From: Carcharhinus amblyrhynchos | Lineage: Eukaryota | Assembly: GCA_965287045.1 (NCBI GenBank) | Contig: OZ336875.1 | Coordinates: forward strand, 54,250,001-54,314,000 | Direction: 5' to 3' | Length of the DNA: 64,000 nucleotides | Shown: positions 58,660 to 64,000 of the stretch, piece after piece | Layout of the letters: each line of letters begins with the position of its first letter | Position numbering within the stretch: the first letter of the stretch is position 1 | Made by a program: the position numbers and the translations under genes | The notes under the pieces: model-generated | The model's database searches: none | What the model was told of the DNA's origin: nothing | What the model saw: only the letters and a program-made list of their open reading frames with translations

Positions 58660-60800
58660 TTATCTTATGAAAGCACTTTCAGGGAAGAGTGACCATAATA
58701 AGATGGAATTCTATACGATGTTTAAAAATGAGGTAATTCAATCTGAAGCCAGAGTGTTAAATTTGAACAAAGGAAATTATGAAGGTGTGAGGCATTAATG
58801 GAAGAATACATTAAAAGCTCTGACAATGGATTATCTTTAAAGGATTCCTTCAAAGCACAAAAACCCAAAAAGAAAAGTCATTCAACTGTGGCTGACACAA
58901 GAAGTCAAAGATTGTGTAAGATTAAAAGGAAACATTAAGTTGCTAGAAATAATAGTAAACCTGAGGATTGGGAGGACTTTGAATACAGCAAAGAAGGATA
59001 AAGAGAGGGAGAATAGGATGAATGTAAGCTAGCAAAGAAACATGAAACGGACCATAAACCTTCTATAGAGATATAAAAAGGAAATGTTTGGCTGCAGCAA
59101 ATGTGTGTTCATTACAGGTAGAAACAGGCGAATTTCTAATACGGAACAGAGAAATGGCAGAGAGGCGAAACTATTCGTCTACCTTCACTGAGGAAGATAA
59201 AAAAAACTCCCATAATTAGAGATTCAAAGGACGAGGGAAAATGAGGAATTGAAGGAAATTAATATTAGTAAGAAGGTTATATTGGAGAAATTAGTAGGAC
59301 TGAAGGTTAATATGTCTCCTGCACCTGATCTTCTACATCCTAGAGTGTTAAAGATAAAGATAGTGATTATCTTCCAAAATTCCGTCAATTTTGAAATGGT
59401 TCCTGCAGATTGAAAGAAAGCTAATGTCATCTCACTATTTAAAAGGGGAAAGAGAAGACGAAGATCTACAGACCTGTTAGCCTTATATCAACGTACGGAA
59501 AATGCTAGAATCTGTTCCAAAGAATGTGATAAATAGACACATAGGGGAGGCAGTCACCTCCATTATGGTATCGTTACTGGACTAATAATCCAGGATAATG
59601 CTCCAGGGACCTGGGTTCAAATCTAACCATGGCAGATGGTGAAATTTGAATTCAATAAAAATCTGGAATTAAAAGTCAAACCTTGACTATGACACCATTG
59701 TCAACTGTCGTAAAACCTATCCGGTTCACTAATGTCCTTTAGGGAAGGAAATCTGCCTATCAAACCCCATCTGGCCTACATGTGACTCCTGATCCACAGC
59801 AATGTGGATGACTCTCAAATGCCCTTGGAAATGGAGAGCAGTTAGGGATGGGCAATATATGTCGACCCAGCCAGCAATGCCCATATCCCATGAAAGATTT
59901 TTTTAAAAACTTGGCTAATAATGATCTGATTGGGCATAATCAACATGGATTTACAAATGGTTTGATGAATCTGTTGGGAGATTTTTGAGGATGTTACTAA
60001 TAGAATGATGAAGGGGAGTTGTTGAATGTGGTATACTTGGATTTTCAGAAAGCTTATGATAAAGTCCTCCACAGGGAGATTGGTTTGCAAAATTAAAGCA
60101 CATGGGATAGAAGGTAATATACTGGCATTAATTCAAGATTGGTTAACAGGCAGAAGAAACATATGGGTCATTCTCATGTTGGCAGGGGTACTGCTAGGGT
60201 CAGTACTTGTGGCCTTAGCTGTTCACAATATATATCAATGATTTAGGTGTGGGGACCAAATTTAAAATGTCCAAGTGTGCAGGTGAAAAAATTAGGTGGG
60301 AATATGTGCAGTGAGGAAGGTGCAAAGCAGCTTCAGACTTATTTCCAGGATGGCAGGGCTGTGCATGAAGAGAGATTGAAGGGACTGGCCCTGTACTCTC
60401 TCAAGTTTTAAAAATGAGAGAGTACTTATTCAAACTTAGAAAATACTTAAAGGGATAGATAGGGTAAATGCAGGAAAATGTTTCCCATGGTCAGTGAGTG
60501 TGGAACAATTTATCACAATTTCAAAATCAGGAGGAAGTCACTTAGGATGGGTGGCTTGAGAAGAGAATTTGTCTTTACTCACTGTTGTATCTTTGGAATT
60601 CTCTACCCCCGATTGAACGTGTTTAAAGCAGAGATTGACAGATTTCTAAATATCAGTGACATAAAGAGATAAAGGGATTATGGAGATAGTGTGGGGGGGG
60701 GGGGGGGAAGGAGGCATTAAAATGGATGATCATCCATGATTATATTGAATGGTGGAGCAGGCCCCATGGGCTGGATGGCTTTCTCCATTCCTGTATTTAC
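58660..60800 (+). mobile_element. Old degenerate CR1 ORF2 with inserted SINE
   Basis: acagacctgttagcctta, tacttggattttcagaaagc, tattgaatggtggagcagg tail. Confidence 0.85.
59545..59895 (+). mobile_element. tRNA-headed SINE family B
   Basis: gggaggcag...gggttcaaatc..ccatggcagatggtgaaatttgaattcaataaaaatctggaatt. Confidence 0.85.
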
Positions 60801-62639
60801 ACTGAAAAATGTACTGTATCTCAGCAATAGAATCATGGGTTCACAACAGAGTAAGGAAAACAGTTTATGCATCGTTCCTCTAGTTTCTCATTGCTTAGAG
60901 GTCAGTCTCCAATGACCAAAACTGCAGAACTAACAAATATAAAGGCATAGACTCTATTCCATCCCTTAAAGGAATTTTAATTGCCTTAATTTGGAATGGA
61001 AGCAGGAAGAAAAATGAAATGGTAAAGGGGTTTGCACGGAGATTTTTGAGCACCACTCTCTCCAGGTCTGTTTTATATTTGGAAGTAAACTTCATGTGAT
61101 TTGGTAGAGATTAAATAAACACTAATGAGGTTTATAAACTAACTGCTGATCTACATTGGTTTATTTTTGAGAAAAACAGCAGCTTGTGATTTTATATGAA
61201 TCTCTCAATTTTTATGTTTCCTGATTTGAGATGGCTGGGTTGGTTTTACTCAGTGTCATTCAATGCACAGCCATTGGCAATGATTGAGTACTTGAGCAGC
61301 TTAATACATCGGAAAATTAATCCTACACAACATACTGACCAGACCAGGGCAGTCCACCTCCAAATGTACAATGATGGACGGGAGATGGTTCAGAGAAATT
61401 AATTGCAAGCCATGAGGATGGGCTGATAGAATTGAACTTGTCCTTGATGTGGAAAATAACTTTCGGAGATTGCTCTTAAAATGCTGAAATGTCACAGATG
61501 ACATAGCCCAGCTGGGTATTTGATTAAAACACATTTTGAGCTGTAGAAGCATGTAGTAAGAAATTAACAAGACCAAAATGAAACTAGAAATGAGAAAATT
61601 ACCCTTCACCATGTCGCAGATATTTGAAAGAGATTCCCAGCAGAGGCAACTCTGTATTCCAAATAGACAGAAGCCTTTTGTATAGATGTGAACAAAATGT
61701 TCAGCAGTCACCCCACATACAGGTTTGAGAATTGCTCACCATTAGCAGACTGCTTGAAAAGACCATTTATCTCTAGTTGAATAACTGCAAACTTCTTTTT
61801 GTTGAACAATGATTTAAAGATCTTTCTTACAACTATATAACAATGAGTTACATAACCATACATAAATTGTCACTGCTTCCATATGCCTACTTTCTCGTCC
61901 TTGAATCAAAGGTTGTTCTTAACGATGGAACTGCTTACCATTCCTCATCCCTTTACGCCTAGATGTAGCTAAGGACTTGTAAATGACAATCACCATCTTC
62001 CACTTCTAGACATAAAATAGTATATAAAATACACTTGTCACAAACTGTGGTTGCTTCTCCAAGAAATAAACTCAATACCAGACAATACTTGCCTGAGTGG
62101 CATTTGTTCACCTATCATCTGTACTATCCTTTCAACTGGTTTGAAATCCACTGATGCCAAAGTGCATTTTAAAATGCGGTTAAAATTAAAAACTGACCCA
62201 AAGGCTGCCTGCGCACCCTCATCTGACCTGTCCCAAGGCGGTTTTCCCACAGTGCATGTGACAAGTAACTGGCTGCCAGAGGAATCTTCCAGTCTTGCCA
62301 ATGTCTGTCTAGAGGCATTTGCATGGCTCGCCCACCCTGCTGCTGGGAAGCACACTGCGAGGGGCCAATGCTGGTGGGACCGGAAGGACCAGAAAATACC
62401 GCCCAAAGTACGTTACTGCATCTGGGACATAACTGAATGGTGACTCAGCTGGCAGGGAAAGTTGGTAACTTTTATGGCTCAGCCTAATTAACATATCAAT
62501 CGCTGACTTTGCGACAAAAATGAGCTCTCCAATTGTTACAGTTAGGCGACTCGGGATCACAAAGTTCCAGGCTGAAATCCCTCTCCAGGACTTGAGCATA
62601 AAAATTAAAGTTATTTGATGCTTTATTTAAACCTCACAG

Positions 62640-62933
62640 CACGGTGGCACAGTGGTTAGCATTCCCGCTTGGGTCACTGTCTGTATGGAGTTTGTACATT
62701 CTTCCCGTGTTTGCATGGGGCGAATGTACAAACTCCTCCTGGTGCTCCGGTTTCCTCCCACAGTCCAAAGATGAACTGGTTAGGTAGATTGGCCATGCTA
62801 AATTGCTGCTTAGTGTCAGAGAGATTAGCAGGGTAAAACATGTAAGGTTGCAGGGATAGGACTTGGGCGGGATTTTTGTCGGTATATATGCAATGTGCTA
62901 AGTGGCCTTTTTCTACACTATAGGGATTCTATG
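62640..62933 (+). mobile_element. V-SINE/HE1-like SINE inserted into a DeuSINE-like element (~62440-62995)
   Basis: SINE head, core and tail; flanks ccaggacttgagcataaaaatt / tgcagtagtacttagggagtgctgcactgtcagaggtgc (Deu domain). Confidence 0.8.
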
Positions 62934-64000
62934 ATGCAGTAGTACTTAGGGAGTGCTGCACTGTCAGAGGTGCAATATCTTTCAAATGATAGAGAACCCT
63001 GTTAATTGTAGAAATTAAGGTCAAATGGATAAAGGTGGAGGGAGCAGTCATTGGATAGTGACTATAAAGACATACTTATTGACTGGTTAGGGGTGTAGAG
63101 TAAGGAGCTTGTAATGTCCCACTTTGTGAAAAAATCAAGAATGAGTAAAGATTAAGGAACATCCTGTTGTTACCAGGCCACAAGGAAACCTGTCACAAAT
63201 GTAAAATGCACACTTACCTGGATGCATTTGTGCCCTGAATGTGGATCCTGAGTGTCTGATATTGATATATCAAAATGAAAACTGTATGACATGTAAAAAC
63301 AGCATTCAAGTCCAGATGGTGAGACTAAAGCTAATTTAAGAAGGCCCACCTTGCTTGGAGCAGGGTACCTCACCACCTGCAGTCTAAAACTGCCCTAGGC
63401 CCAATTGGGAAGAAGTAGCCTTGCACTGGCCTTCACCCCATTTCAGCGCATTCTGCCCAGTTTCTGATAGGTGGACAAAAATGCTGTCCTGACAGATGGA
63501 ACTTTTCTTTTCTCCCTAAACACACTTTTTTTTTTCTAATTTTAATAAATCCTAATTAATTTTACAGGAACACAAGAATAAGACATTCTCGGGGCTACAA
63601 AGTTCTATCGGTAAAATCAGAAAATAGGGGTTTGTTGGGGGAGTAAGCAGAAGGATTGCATCTTCCATTTTCCTTCCACTTAATCTTCTCAGCTGAAGAC
63701 ACAGCATAAACAATCATTCCCATCAGTCATCTGCTCTTTGTCCCTTTGAATGTGGCTTCCTCAGTGTATTAATAACATATTTTTTTAAATATACTAACAT
63801 AGATTCTTTACACACGGTTGCCTAGAACCACACAAACTCCATAAGTCACAGCCAAGCAGCCTCCTTGGGCTGAGGTTTGTGATTTCATTTTCTGATGTAG
63901 CAAAAAAAACTGCCTCCAGCAATCCATTATCACACATTTATGTCAGGAGCACAGTTAATACACAAGTCTGGTGTTTACAATAAACTCTTTTCCTGTGGAA

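Overview
Eukaryotic, repeat-dense (roughly half transposon-derived) non-coding DNA, most likely from a cartilaginous fish (shark). This is inferred from the repeat set: CR1 LINEs, HE1/V-SINE-like and SacSINE1/DeuSINE-like SINEs, Penelope-like elements, Rex1/Babar, L2, Harbinger-type MITEs and an old Ty3/Gypsy provirus. No host protein-coding gene can be confidently called. The only long intact ORF (1950-3395) is the reverse transcriptase of a young 5'-truncated CR1. The most striking region is 47273-48692: a head-to-tail array of a structured, poly(A)-tailed short retroposon whose 5' end is the 5' end of U2 snRNA (31/31 identity to U2 nt 10-40 as I recall it). It shows compensatory base-pair changes, nested insertions with 13-16 bp target-site duplications, and a co-inserted LINE-like 3' UTR, suggesting a self-targeting U2-headed SINE plus partner LINE. 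Also notable: a ~900 bp Penelope palindrome with two minimal hammerhead ribozymes, a MITE carrying duplicated Penelope-tail hairpins, an internally deleted CR1 (ORF1-ORF2 fusion) present twice, and a decayed UACA/RAI14-like coiled-coil sequence. All family names come from recalled consensus motifs, not database searches; many boundaries are approximate.
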